Source of the DNA: a virus
Taxonomy: Duplodnaviria; Caudoviricetes
Length of the DNA stretch: 64,000 nt
Virus record (IMG/VR): IMGVR_UViG_3300042090_001530
Coordinates: 138,491-202,490 of that record
Direction: 5' to 3' (one strand)
Part shown: piece after piece, positions 50,265 to 59,945 of the stretch
How the letters are laid out: every line of letters starts with the position of its first letter
Position numbering within the stretch: position 1 is the stretch's first letter
Position numbers and translations under genes: made by a program
Notes under the pieces: generated by a model
The model's input: the letters and a program-made list of their open reading frames with translations, nothing else
The model's database searches: none
What the model was told of the DNA's origin: nothing

Positions 50265-51545
50265 CCGCTTCGGGCGCAGGTGCTCGGGCACCAAGAACGT
50301 TGGACACTTGCCCTTCCCGGAGTAGCGCTGCTGTCCGTACTTGAGCGTGAGGTTAAGCAGCACGTCCGGCGTGATCTCGCCGCCTTCCTTCATGAGCTGG
50401 GTCCGGGCTTGCTGCTCGCAGATCCGGAAGATCCTCGGCTTGCGGAAGTCGAACTCCGTGCCCAACAGATTGCGAGCCTCGGCCCCAGCGGCGTCCAGGC
50501 CGTCGTAGAGCGCCCGCAGGATCGCTGCGGGCTCCTTGCCCGGCGCGTAAGGCAGACACTCGGTGTACGGGCGCTCCCTGGGCTCCCGTGGGGCCTCGTG
50601 GTCAGCCGGTCGAGTCTCGGGCCAGTCGAAGTCGTCCAGGTCCGCCTCGGGTGGGATGCCTCCGCCGTTCTCCTTGCGCAGTCGCATCAGTGCCAGCGCG
50701 ATCGTCTTGCGTGCGTACGGGCCGTCCGGCTCCTCGTGGAAGTCGGAATCCCAGCTGAGCCCGAGCGATTTGCGGGCCGTAGTGGCGGCCCAGTCGAGCA
50801 CGCCGCCGCGGCTGTCTTCGAGGGTGCCGAGGATCTCGTCGAGTCGGGCAGCATCGAGTTGGGCGAGGTGCGCGTCGAGCCTCGCAGGCAGCGGGCGCGT
50901 CTTGGCCGTTTTCGTCGCAGCCTGCTTGACCACTTGGATATCGCCCGCCGATGCGTGAGCGTCGGCCCGCGATGCGTCAGCATCGTCGGAAGGGATCCCT
51001 GATGCGACCGCATCAGGCTGACGCGGTGCCGCGTCAGCGACACCAGGTTTTTCTTTCTTACTTTCCTTCTTACTCTCCTTATAAGTACTTGGCCCCCGGG
51101 TTTCCGGCCCGTGGTTAACCGGCCCGTGGTTTTCCCGGGGCCGGTCTGAACTGGCCTTTCTTGCACGCTCGTGGCCTTTGCCCTCATTTGGTGGCACCGG
51201 AACGAGGTCAGGACGCTCGGCGAGCCACGCATCAGCAAGCCCCTTGGCGACGGCCGGAGTGCTACCCGCGAACGACTTGGTTCGCAGGTGTCCACGTTCG
51301 TTGCGGTATCGGATCCGCACGATGTAGCCCGCGACTTCAAGACATGCCCAGGCGCCCGTGGTGCCTTCGACGCCTTCGCGCGACTGGGCGCCGAGGCGTT
51401 CCGCCGTGTTGTCCCAGCCGGATGGGTAGCTAAGGAGTTCGACGAGCAGTCCGAGCGCGCGGCGGGTGATGCGCGGGTCGCGGGCGGTCTCGACGGGAAT
51501 GGGCACCCATCCGGCGCCGTCGGGAACGGGGCTAGCGTTGATCAC
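50238..51545 (-). CDS. Phage-type replication initiator with N-terminal HTH
   Basis: ARDPRITRRALGLLVELLSYPSGW...LEVAGYIVR..R...G; central low-complexity/repeat region; start uncertain. Confidence 0.65.
   Translation of the reverse strand: MINASPVPDGAGWVPIPVETARDPRITRRALGLLVELLSYPSGWDNTAERLGAQSREGVEGTTGAWACLEVAGYIVRIRYRNERGHLRTKSFAGSTPAVAKGLADAWLAERPDLVPVPPNEGKGHERARKASSDRPRENHGPVNHGPETRGPSTYKESKKESKKEKPGVADAAPRQPDAVASGIPSDDADASRADAHASAGDIQVVKQAATKTAKTRPLPARLDAHLAQLDAARLDEILGTLEDSRGGVLDWAATTARKSLGLSWDSDFHEEPDGPYARKTIALALMRLRKENGGGIPPEADLDDFDWPETRPADHEAPREPRERPYTECLPYAPGKEPAAILRALYDGLDAAGAEARNLLGTEFDFRKPRIFRICEQQARTQLMKEGGEITPDVLLNLTLKYGQQRYSGKGKCPTFLVPEHLRPKRSVDVADEP
51046..51143. repeat. Iteron-like repeats plus AT-rich tract inside the initiator gene
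   Basis: CCGGCCCGTGGTT at 51104 and 51119 flanked by GGCCCC(C)GGG-type ends; adjacent AT-rich tract 51046-51090. Confidence 0.5.
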
Positions 51546-51872
51546 CGAGTCGCCGCCTCTGCGCTTCGGCGGACACTGTCGGGGTGGGCTGCTACCTTCA
51601 AGACAGGTGTGCTCCTTCGAGAGGGAGTCGGTCTGCGAGCTCGCAACTCGCTGATCATCGTTCGGCCCGGTCTTCGGACCGGGCCGGTCGTTTTTGCGCA
51701 ATGGTCTAACGTCTGATCATCGGACCCCATTGTCTCGCTTCCGAAGGTCAGCCGACGCGCGTTCGGGCACGCTAGGGCGAGCGAAAATCCGGCACGGATC
51801 GACGCACGCGCCTGACTTCGATCACGACCTCCGGGTACGGTGGATGGAGAGCCATCCATGGAGGGAACGCTC

Positions 51873-52160
51873 ATGACCGCAGCGCACACGGACACATTCC
51901 ACGGCGCGCACGCCGGGCCCGCGCAACTGCCGAACACGATCGCGGCGATCCGCGGGGCGCTGCCCGGCCGGCTGCTGCCGAAGTTCCAGGCCGAGCTCGA
52001 CGACGCGATCGACGCCGCGGACCTCGCGGTGATCGACGACGTGAAGGGCCGTTGGTGGGCGCAGGCGATGCTGTTCCACGACCCGACGATCCGCGCTGAC
52101 TTCGAGGCTGCGGGGCGTGGCGAGCTGGAGTTTTTCCCGTCGCCGTTCGCGAAGCGGTGA
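51873..52160 (+). CDS. Putative antitoxin (DUF6247-like)
   Basis: IAAIRGALP...FQAELD...RWWAQA; GTGA-coupled to RelE-like gene. Confidence 0.6.
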   Translation: MTAAHTDTFHGAHAGPAQLPNTIAAIRGALPGRLLPKFQAELDDAIDAADLAVIDDVKGRWWAQAMLFHDPTIRADFEAAGRGELEFFPSPFAKR

Positions 52161-52411
52161 GCCGGGCCGAGGACTTCTGGACGAAGCCCGCGCTCGACAG
52201 TCTCGCGGGCGTGCCGCTGGCGGAGCGGGATCAGATCGAGGCTTTGGTTGCGGAGATCTGCCGGGATCCGTTCGGGCGCGGCACTGCGGATCCGGAGGTT
52301 GAGGATCTGCTGGGTCGGATGCGGATCGCGGTGTCGCGGCGCGCGGTCGTGTATTACCAGGTCGTGGACGACGACGTCATCAAGATCACGCGCGTGTTCT
52401 GGCGGGCCTGA
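52157..52411 (+). CDS. RelE/ParE-like toxin
   Basis: 84 aa; ALDSL...ICRDP.G...RMR...VYYQV.DD.VIKITRV. Confidence 0.65.
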   Translation: MSRAEDFWTKPALDSLAGVPLAERDQIEALVAEICRDPFGRGTADPEVEDLLGRMRIAVSRRAVVYYQVVDDDVIKITRVFWRA

Positions 52412-52534
52412 CCGGGGGGTGCTGAGCGGCCTGGTCTCGATTGGGCTACGGGTCGGGCATGTCTCTGACGGTGTGTCAGTTCGCTGGGTAGCCTCACGGT
52501 CGCCGAGAGTCGGCCCGTATTCGAGGGGGAGCCC

Positions 52535-53545
52535 GTGACCAGCCAGCCGTACCAGCCGCCTGTCGTACCGAAGCCGAAGATGTCCCGGGGCAAGAAAGCC
52601 GTCCTGTGGATCGTCGGGGTGTTCGTGGGACTGGCCGTGATCGGCGCTATCGGCGACGCGACCGGGGCCGGGAAGAAGCAGAACGCCGCCAGCACGGCCG
52701 GCGCTGCGAGCGCGAGTTCCACGGCCGCCCGTGCGGCTGCGTCGAGCGTGAAGCCGTCCGCCGTGCCGTCGGCTGCCGTGAAGCGCGCCACGAGCCGCCC
52801 TGCGGCCTCTACGGTGCCCGCGGACGGCGGCTCTTATCCGAACGCCGCCGCGATCCTCTCGAAGCTCTCTGCGGCCGGTCTCGCGTGTACTGCTCCCTCC
52901 CCGATGGCCGGGAACGCGGCGGTCCTGTTCGATCCGGGCGCGACCTCGCTTACCATCTGTGACTCGCCCGGCGGTACCGCGCAGGACACGCAGGTCACCG
53001 TGTTCGACACGGCCGCGCACCTCGCGGCGTACGAGAAGACCGCCGACGCTAACGCGAGTTCCCAGGCGGTCGGGTTCCTCGCCGGGGCGAACTGGGCGAT
53101 CGAGTCGACTCCGGCGTACGCCACAAGGGCGCACGCGAAGCTCGGCGGCGAGTTGACGATCGTCCCGGGCGCTGCTGCGGCGTCCGCGCCAGCCGCGTCT
53201 ACCGGGACCTCGACACTCCTCAAGTCCGCTGGCCCGCTCGGCGCGTACGTCGCCAACGGCAGCGACGTGTACTGCGACCAGGCGACCGCGTACTACGAGC
53301 CGGACGGGGACGGCGGGGTGAGGGTGCAGGTGTACTTCGACTCGTCTGGGATCCTCAATATCGACGCGACGAGTAAGAACGGGGACGCGGACGCGAGCCA
53401 GTCGTACACGCAGGGCACGCAGGGGCCGGCCGGGCATGAGTTCGACCTGACCGGGCTTGCGCCTGGCAATGTGAATGAGATCGATTTCGGGGTGACGTCC
53501 CCGCTCGGGGGCGGCGACTGCCAGGTCCAGCCGCTCGCGAAGTAG
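52535..53545 (+). CDS. Membrane-anchored extracellular protein
   Basis: N-terminal TM helix, Ala/Ser linker, two Cys-containing domains. Confidence 0.75.
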   Translation: MTSQPYQPPVVPKPKMSRGKKAVLWIVGVFVGLAVIGAIGDATGAGKKQNAASTAGAASASSTAARAAASSVKPSAVPSAAVKRATSRPAASTVPADGGSYPNAAAILSKLSAAGLACTAPSPMAGNAAVLFDPGATSLTICDSPGGTAQDTQVTVFDTAAHLAAYEKTADANASSQAVGFLAGANWAIESTPAYATRAHAKLGGELTIVPGAAAASAPAASTGTSTLLKSAGPLGAYVANGSDVYCDQATAYYEPDGDGGVRVQVYFDSSGILNIDATSKNGDADASQSYTQGTQGPAGHEFDLTGLAPGNVNEIDFGVTSPLGGGDCQVQPLAK

Positions 53546-54102
53546 GACGCGGCCGGTCCCGGCGCGTGTCACTGCTCGCCCCCGGCATCCACGGCCGGGG
53601 GCGGCGTGCTCAACTGGCGCCTCGGAAGTTGACATATGCCACTTGCATGCAGGTCGGCGCCGGGTACCCGGCTTTCGGCATCAAGTTCGACGAGGCGAAG
53701 GCGCTGTGGGACGAGGTGGAGTCCGGCGCGTGCCGGTCGCCGGAGGAGATCGGGCACAGGCCGTGGCGGCTCCAGATAGGCACCACGACGCTCGACGACG
53801 CCTGCTGACGGCGCTGCGCCATTTCCGGCGCCACGCAGATACGGCCCCGTGCCGCCTGACCCCGCGGGTTTCATGGCCGGATCGTTACCCGGACCGCGCA
53901 CTCGCGGTTCGTGTGCACGCAGCAGGAGTCCGGAAGACGCACGAGCGTCTCGTTGCCCGTCGCGAAGGTTTGGCGCCCGTCGGCCGCGAACCGCAGCAGC
54001 CACTCGGTGCGCACTTCGGGGGCGACTTTCTGCCGGGTGACGCTGGCGGGTGGGGTGGGGTCGGTCATGGGGTGTCTCCCGGGGTTCGAGGTGGTGGGCG
54101 CC

Positions 54103-54289
54103 ATGGACGTGCTATGGACACATGGACTTTTGTCCATAGCCCCCCTGTCGTCCCCAACGCGTGAAAGGAGAGATTGTCCATTTTGTGTATATAAATAGAG
54201 ACTTTCAGGCGCGTCTCGCGAAAGACACCGGAGGGGTATGGACGGAAGTCCATATATCCATAGCGTCCATGCCGCCCTCCGATGTCCAT
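54103..54289. repeat. Origin-like cluster C: 9 copies of ATGGAC/GTCCAT around an AT-rich core
   Basis: Copies at 54103, 54114, 54122, 54132, 54176, 54238, 54248, 54265, 54284; core TTTTGTGTATATAAATAG. Confidence 0.75.
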
Positions 54290-54293
54290 AAGA

Positions 54294-54401
54294 TCAACTG
54301 CGCTTCGCGTACTCGGGGCCGACGACATACTGATCGCCGTCCTCGGCCGTCCAGCCCTTCGACACGGCGATGTCGAGCGCAGTCGTCATGAGGATCCCCA
54401 T
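54294..54401 (-). pseudogene. 35-aa remnant homologous to the C-terminus of 55449-55778
   Basis: MGILMTTALDIAVSKGWTAEDGDQYVV vs LEKAVGLAVSKGWVFEDGDRVCI. Confidence 0.6.
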
Positions 54402-55240
54402 CAGTCCTGTCGCATGTTGAACAGGCGGGCGTAGTGGCCTTGGAACGCGAGGCGCACCAACCCTCGCTTGCCGCCGCGGTTCTTCGCGACGATCGCCTCG
54501 ACCTCGTAGGTCAGCGGATCGACAGGATCGTCGTCTTCGCGGTGCAGCAGGACGACTGCGTCGGCGGCGGCGGCGAAGGACTGCCGCTTGCCGAAGTCGC
54601 GCATCAGCGGCCGTCGTCGCATTTCGGCAAACGGGAACTCGAGCGGCACCGTGGCCACGACAGTCAGGCCATGGACCACCGCGAGTTCCTTCAGGTCCCT
54701 CGCGAAGTCATCCGCGAACTGGGCTCGGCCGCCGTAGTCGTGGGCCGGGACGAGCAGGTGGGCGCCATCAACGAAGATGAGCCGCAGCGATCCGACCGTG
54801 TCCGCGAAGGCGAACGCGTCTTGCTGGATCGCGGCGAGGTCGCGGTGCTCGTCTTCGACATGGATGGGTGCGGCTGGAAGGTCCGGCGCGTTGGTGGCGA
54901 CTCGCTCGCCGTCCAGTTCGTTCATGGACCCGGCGGTGACGCGATCCAACTCAACCTTGGCTTCGGCGGAGAGGATGCGCTGCGCGGTCCTGAGGGCGTT
55001 GGCCTCGAGGCTGGCGATGTAGGTGCCGCGCTTATGACGTACTCCGCAGGCGCGGGCAAGGCCGAGCGCGAACATGCTCGTACCGACGCCGGGTAATCCA
55101 GCGGCTACGACGAAATCGCCGGGACGCAGGCCGCCGTTGAGCAATGGGTTCAGATCGGCGTAGTCGGTCGGGATGACGTAGTCGGAGCCGGGGTCCTCGT
55201 CCAAGAGGGCGCCGATGTTTGCCGTGGGGCCAGTGGTCAC
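54401..55240 (-). CDS. DnaB-like helicase C-terminal domain, degenerate ATPase motifs
   Basis: GGLRPGDFVVAAGLPGVGTS (Walker A Lys lost), SLE, IFVDG, LKELA, IVAKNRGG; no N-terminal domain. Confidence 0.8.
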   Translation of the reverse strand: MTTGPTANIGALLDEDPGSDYVIPTDYADLNPLLNGGLRPGDFVVAAGLPGVGTSMFALGLARACGVRHKRGTYIASLEANALRTAQRILSAEAKVELDRVTAGSMNELDGERVATNAPDLPAAPIHVEDEHRDLAAIQQDAFAFADTVGSLRLIFVDGAHLLVPAHDYGGRAQFADDFARDLKELAVVHGLTVVATVPLEFPFAEMRRRPLMRDFGKRQSFAAAADAVVLLHREDDDPVDPLTYEVEAIVAKNRGGKRGLVRLAFQGHYARLFNMRQD

Positions 55241-55279
55241 AATGAGTCCTTCGGTCGAGGTTGGCAGTGGGGGAGAAAG

Positions 55280-55466
55280 GTGGAGGAGGTGGAGGTGGAG
55301 TTCCTCCACCACCCCCCGTTTCCAAACGCGGGAAGAGTGAATGTCCAATTTGTTGTAGTTATTGACGGTTCTGAATCGACCGCTTGGGGCCTGTTCCAAC
55401 TTGCGACAGGGGGTGGTGGAGGCGTCTCCACTTCTCCACCCTGCTTGATCACCTCCACGCCTCCAC
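55280..55466. repeat. Origin-like cluster B: 9 copies of GTGGAG/CTCCAC around an AT-rich core
   Basis: Copies at 55280, 55289, 55295, 55304, 55416, 55426, 55434, 55453, 55461. Confidence 0.75.
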
Positions 55467-55778
55467 CTCCTCCTCAGTCGCAATGCAGACGCGGTCCCCG
55501 TCCTCGAACACCCAACCTTTGGAGACTGCAAGCCCGACGGCCTTCTCTAAAAGGGCGCGATCCTTGCTCTCGAGCGCCTTCCGCATGCCTCCCCACGTGA
55601 TGCCACCCACGTTCTTGGCGGCATGCTTGCGGACCAGGCGCGCGACGCGCTCAAGGGTGGCGTCCGCACTGGACGTGGCATCGTGGGTGCGCACCGCAAG
55701 TTGAACAACCGCCTCCTCCTCAAGCCGGCGGGCAGCCTCGACCTCGCGCCGGGCGCGGGCCACGAGCGAATCGCGCAC
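55449..55778 (-). pseudogene. Winged-helix C-terminal fragment of a primase/helicase-type replication protein
   Basis: ITWGGMRKALESKDRALLEKAVGLAVSKGW; no catalytic domain; directly precedes cluster B. Confidence 0.5.
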
Positions 55779-55802
55779 ATGCCGGTCGAAGGGCGGTTCG
55801 TC

Positions 55803-55984
55803 GTCCCCACGCTGTCCCCTGTCCCCTCCCTATAGAGAGGGCGGGAGGGGACAGGGGAAAGGGGTGCGCCGGGGACAGCTGTCCCCGGCGCGGAGGACAG
55901 GCCTGACGTGCAGTTTTTCAACACTGGGGACAGTTGTCCCCAGCCCCCGGGGACAGTGGAAGATCGAAATCGGATGGGGACAGC
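55803..55984. repeat. Origin-like cluster A: ~10 copies of GGGGAC(AG)/(CT)GTCCCC
   Basis: Copies at 55803, 55814, 55821, 55847, 55871, 55881, 55926, 55936, 55949, 55977; includes CCCTATAGAGAGGG. Confidence 0.8.
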
Positions 55985-56010
55985 GCAAGTGGGTGAAATC
56001 GGGCGCCTGC

Positions 56011-57474
56011 TCATGCCGCATTCGCCGCCTTCAGCGCCGTCGCGATATCTGCCAGAACCGCGTTCTTCCCGGGCAGCAGAACGCCGTTGTCCGCCGCCCA
56101 TCGACGCAGCACCTCGCGGCCCATGCCGCCCGGCGCGCCCTTGCCAACCAACTCGTCCACGTACCGCTGCACGGCATCGTGGTGAGACCGCAGCGGGCCC
56201 GGGTCCGACAGCTCATGGGCCGTGCCGCCGGGTAGCCAGTTGCCCGCCGTCTCACGCTTGCCGCGGCGCGTGACGAAGAACGTCTCCTGCCCGAGCCCGG
56301 TCCGCGAGTGAGTGCGATGCAGCCGCAGATCCGTGATGATCGTTTCCGTTCCCGCCTGCGTGTCGTAGGTCAGGCGCAGATCCTGCTGCGTCAACTCCCA
56401 CACGTGGTCGACGTCCTGTGCCTTGGCGGAAGATCCGCGTGAGCCCTTTTCCTCATCCTTGCCCATGTGGTCCAGCCGGACGCCGGCGATCCCGCGCTGC
56501 TTGAGCGGGGCATGGACGGCCCGGTAGAACGCGAGCCAGGTGTCGGAGTCGTTCTCCTTCCCGGCGATGAACCGGGAGACGGTGTCGAACACGACGAGGT
56601 CCGGCTGAGCCTCGTCCACGATGGCGAGGAGCTCGGCGGCCGCGGTGGACGACTGGTCCAGGGCCCCAGCGAAGCCGGGGAACAGGCGATAGTCCAGTCG
56701 CTCCAACTCCGAGGGCGTCGCGCCGAAGGACACCATGCGGGTGATGACGTCGCGCAGGTTGTTCTCGCGGTCGAAGTACAGCACGGAGAGCGGTTCGTGG
56801 CATTCGTCGGACAGAAAGCGGCGCCCGGTGACGCACCGGTAGATCCAGTCGTGAAGGAACAGCGACTTGCCGACCTTGCCGCCGCCGACAATTGCGGCCT
56901 GCTGTCCGTGTTCGAGGAACTTGCCGGGTAGCCAGTCCACGTCGCTGAAGTCGATGGCAAAGGCCGTGTCCCAGTCGATCGAGGGGAACTTCTCGGGCCT
57001 CGTTGAGCCATCCGCGGTGCGCGGTTCGGCGAGTTCGCTGAACTCTTGGGCGAGCTGTTTCGCGACCAGGTGCAGGTCGTCGACTTCGGTGTCTGCGAGC
57101 GCCTGCGTCGCGCGCCGAACACTGTCTTGGACGCGCCGACGGTCGGATTCGCTGGCGATGAGCTCAGCATGGAACCCGATCTGCGCTGGCAGGCACGAGT
57201 TGACGGCCAGTGTGACCATATGGCTGTACAGGTTGTCGGTCAGATGTCCGTCATCGGCCAGTTGCGAACTGACGGTGATCAAGTCAACGGGCAGCCCATG
57301 CTTATGGATAGCCACTGCGGCGTTGAAGATGTATTCGTGCTGCGGATAGGCGAACTGGGCGCCTTCGACGTGCTCAAGCGCTTCGAGGACCGCGGTCGGA
57401 TGGTTGAGGATCGAGCCGAGGACGGCACGCTCGGCAGCGTCTACGAGTGCGGAGCGGTTGTCCGTTGCGCTCAC
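56011..57474 (-). CDS. DnaB N-terminal domain fused to AAA_25 (RepA-type SF4) helicase
   Basis: AERAVLGSIL...F..PQHEYIF...PVDLITV (DnaB-N); GGGKVGKS, LYFDREN, VVFDT, DHMGKD...RGSSA. Confidence 0.85.
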   Translation of the reverse strand: MSATDNRSALVDAAERAVLGSILNHPTAVLEALEHVEGAQFAYPQHEYIFNAAVAIHKHGLPVDLITVSSQLADDGHLTDNLYSHMVTLAVNSCLPAQIGFHAELIASESDRRRVQDSVRRATQALADTEVDDLHLVAKQLAQEFSELAEPRTADGSTRPEKFPSIDWDTAFAIDFSDVDWLPGKFLEHGQQAAIVGGGKVGKSLFLHDWIYRCVTGRRFLSDECHEPLSVLYFDRENNLRDVITRMVSFGATPSELERLDYRLFPGFAGALDQSSTAAAELLAIVDEAQPDLVVFDTVSRFIAGKENDSDTWLAFYRAVHAPLKQRGIAGVRLDHMGKDEEKGSRGSSAKAQDVDHVWELTQQDLRLTYDTQAGTETIITDLRLHRTHSRTGLGQETFFVTRRGKRETAGNWLPGGTAHELSDPGPLRSHHDAVQRYVDELVGKGAPGGMGREVLRRWAADNGVLLPGKNAVLADIATALKAANAA

Positions 57475-57614
57475 TGTGGCCCCACCGCTTCTGCGGCTGC
57501 GCGGGCCAGCAGGCGTCCCCCGGGATGCCGCGCCGACGCCGTTCGGCTATAACCTCTAGCAAGATGTGCGCCACTTCTTACAAGAGGAGCACGAGAACCA
57601 GCTAGAGGAGGATC

Positions 57615-58364
57615 GTGGCTGAGGAACCGCTGTACCGACAGATCGCAGCCGCCTTGCGGAAAGACATCGCCGCAGGCGCGTACGGCGATGATGGAAGACT
57701 GCCTGGCGAGAAGGCGCTTGCTGCCCAGTGGAAGACCTCGACCGCGACGACGAGCAGCGCTCTCAGATGGCTTGAGCGCGAGGGGGTTATCGAGATCCGC
57801 CGTGGCGTTGGCGCCTTCGTTCGAAGCCGCAAGCCGATCCTCCGAAACGCGAATGCTCGGCTTGCGAAGAGTCAGTGGGGTGAAGGGAAAGCCATCTGGC
57901 AGGTGGACCTCGGTGACCACTACCCCGTACCTGAGACCGAGGTGTTCCTGTCCGGCGACGAGGGCGCGCCTTCCGTACCCGACGTTGTGCGCGAGCACCT
58001 GCCGGCCGAAAGCTACCTGATCCGTGACCGCCGCTACACCGTGGATGGTCAGCCCGTGCAGCTCTCCAGGTCGTACTTCGACTACGAGCTGGCGAGGGGG
58101 ACGCGCATCGAGAAGCGCGATTCCGGTCCGGGCGGGGTCTACAACCGACTGCTCGAACTCGGCTACGAGGTCAAGGACCCGGACGAGTTCCTGCGCGCCC
58201 GCAATCCCACCGAGGATGAGGCGAAGCGCCTGCGGATCACGACGGACAGGCCCGTCGTGGAGATCGTGCGCCTTGCGGCCACGTCGGGGGGCAAGTTGGT
58301 CGAGGTGAACGTGATGGTGCTGGTCGGCGATGCCTACGTGTTGCAATATAAGGTCACCACCTAG
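57615..58364 (+). CDS. GntR-family (HutC/KorSA-like) regulator with UTRA domain
   Basis: PLYRQIAAALR...LPGEKALA...GVGAFV plus UTRA; RBS GAGGAGG. Confidence 0.9.
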   Translation: MAEEPLYRQIAAALRKDIAAGAYGDDGRLPGEKALAAQWKTSTATTSSALRWLEREGVIEIRRGVGAFVRSRKPILRNANARLAKSQWGEGKAIWQVDLGDHYPVPETEVFLSGDEGAPSVPDVVREHLPAESYLIRDRRYTVDGQPVQLSRSYFDYELARGTRIEKRDSGPGGVYNRLLELGYEVKDPDEFLRARNPTEDEAKRLRITTDRPVVEIVRLAATSGGKLVEVNVMVLVGDAYVLQYKVTT

Positions 58365-58484
58365 GTCAGTTGATACTCCGGGGCCCCAGTCGTACAACGG
58401 CTGGGGCTTTGTTGTTGCTGGAACTAGAATAGAACCAGCTTGCACAGCTTGACAACCAGGTGGATCGAGCGCTGTACTAGCTAC

Positions 58485-58790
58485 ATGAAGACAGCGACCG
58501 AACCTGCGGCGCCGGCCGAGACCGACGAGTACATGACCGTCGGCGAGGTCGCCAAGAAGCTGCGAGTCACCCCGATGACCATCTACACCGCGATCCACGA
58601 AGGACGGCTTGAGGCTGTGCGCGTGGGTCGGCGGACCTTCCGGATCCCGGTGGAGTCCTACCGGGCGTACACCTCAACCACCCCGACCGAACTGCACCCC
58701 AACATCACCGCGGCCTCATCGCCCGCCCTGCCCGAGCCGGTTGTACTGGCCGAGCAGGCCGACGAGGGCGTCGTAGTCCACGCCGCTTAA
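58485..58790 (+). CDS. Excisionase-like HTH_17 DNA-binding protein
   Basis: YMTVGEVAKKLRVTPMTIYTAIHEGRLEAVRVGRRTFRIP. Confidence 0.85.
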   Translation: MKTATEPAAPAETDEYMTVGEVAKKLRVTPMTIYTAIHEGRLEAVRVGRRTFRIPVESYRAYTSTTPTELHPNITAASSPALPEPVVLAEQADEGVVVHAA

Positions 58791-58801
58791 CCCCCACAAG
58801 C

Positions 58802-58841
58802 CCTGGTCCCGCCCGCGACCTCCCCGCCGGGCGGGACCAGG
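58802..58841 (+). terminator. Terminator-like hairpin
   Basis: 13-bp stem CCTGGTCCCGCCC/GGGCGGGACCAGG. Confidence 0.55.
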
Positions 58842-58866
58842 ATCCACTCGAACCGGAAGGAACCGC

Positions 58867-59598
58867 ATGTCGAAGCCCGCCCAGGCGCCCAAGGCCCCGA
58901 CCGGCCGCGTCGAGTACCAAACCCCGACCGGCCCCGCGATCGGCACCGTGAACGAGGTCCGCACCAACGCCCGCGGCACCGACACCGTCGAGATCGAGAC
59001 CGCAGACGGATCGACCACGCTGCGGTTCGCATCCACCGTCAAGCCCGCCTGACCCGCCGACATCAGCACTGATCCCGAAGGAGTCATCCCATGGCGAACC
59101 GAGGCGACAAGGTCGTCTTCCGCAGCGTGAACGACGGCCAGGATCACGACGGCACCGTCCTCGAAGTGGCTGACAGCCCGGCCGTGCGCGAGCAGTTCGG
59201 CGACTCGGTCCTCAGGATCGAGGCGTCGGAGACGCGCCGCGGCTGGGAGATCGTCGCAGGCAGCGACGTTCGCCCCGCCGACTGAACCACCGCCCGGCCT
59301 GCCGGGCACCTAGCCCTCGCTCTACGCGAGTCCCGTGATCTCCCCCCTGACGGGAGCAGGCCCACCACCTGCCGAGGGCACGCAGCAGCAGCCCCGACCA
59401 GGAAGGAACACCACCATGGCCCAGCAGGTCCAGAACCTCACCGACGCCGAAGTGCGCGACCTCGCCGCCGCGACCCAGGCGCGGATCAAGCAGGAGAACG
59501 AGGACTACCGCGACTTCCAGCACGCCGTCCAGCCGGTCCTGACCGACGCCCGCCGTCCCGGCGACGCCCAGCGCGTCACCCCGCCGTACAGCGCCTGA
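58867..59598 (+). other. Three tiny hypothetical genes (58867-59052, 59091-59285, ~59416-59598)
   Basis: Each preceded by a GGA(A)GG-type RBS. Confidence 0.6.
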
Positions 59599-59683
59599 TC
59601 CAAAACAGAATGCCCGACCACTGACTCAACCAGCAGCCGGGCGAGCCAGCCCCCCCAGATCTGACGGAACAGGAAGGCCGACC

Positions 59684-59945
59684 GTCAACGACCCAGTCCT
59701 GAAGGACTGGGCTTGAGGTCCAACTGGAGTTCAAGCCCGTGTTGACCAGCCCTAGTCGATCATTTCAAGGAGGTGCATTCGATTGACTACGTTTCACGTG
59801 AGCGTGCAGACCCACCAGGCCGTGCTTCCTCAGCGGCCTGCTCTGGAATCCGTGGGAGCAGACAATCCGGGTCGGAACGAAACGGCCCACGGACACCCCG
59901 CCGACGTGCGGGGCACTGGCGTGGAACATGGGCGAGGGGAGACTC
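59684..59945 (+). ncRNA. IscB omegaRNA (HEARO-like) scaffold
   Basis: GTCAAC...GTTGACCAGCC, CTACGTT, TGCTTCCTCAGC...CTCTG, AACATGGGCGAGGGGAGAC landmarks; 3' boundary approximate. Confidence 0.8.

Noticed and set aside
52474-52494. TGTCAG...TAGCCT as another PafBC motif
   Set aside because: Spacer is 9 nt rather than 10; could be an ordinary promoter.
58440-58800. Integrated-element boundary (att site/integrase) near the excisionase-like gene
   Set aside because: No integrase, tRNA target or att-like direct repeat seen in the window.
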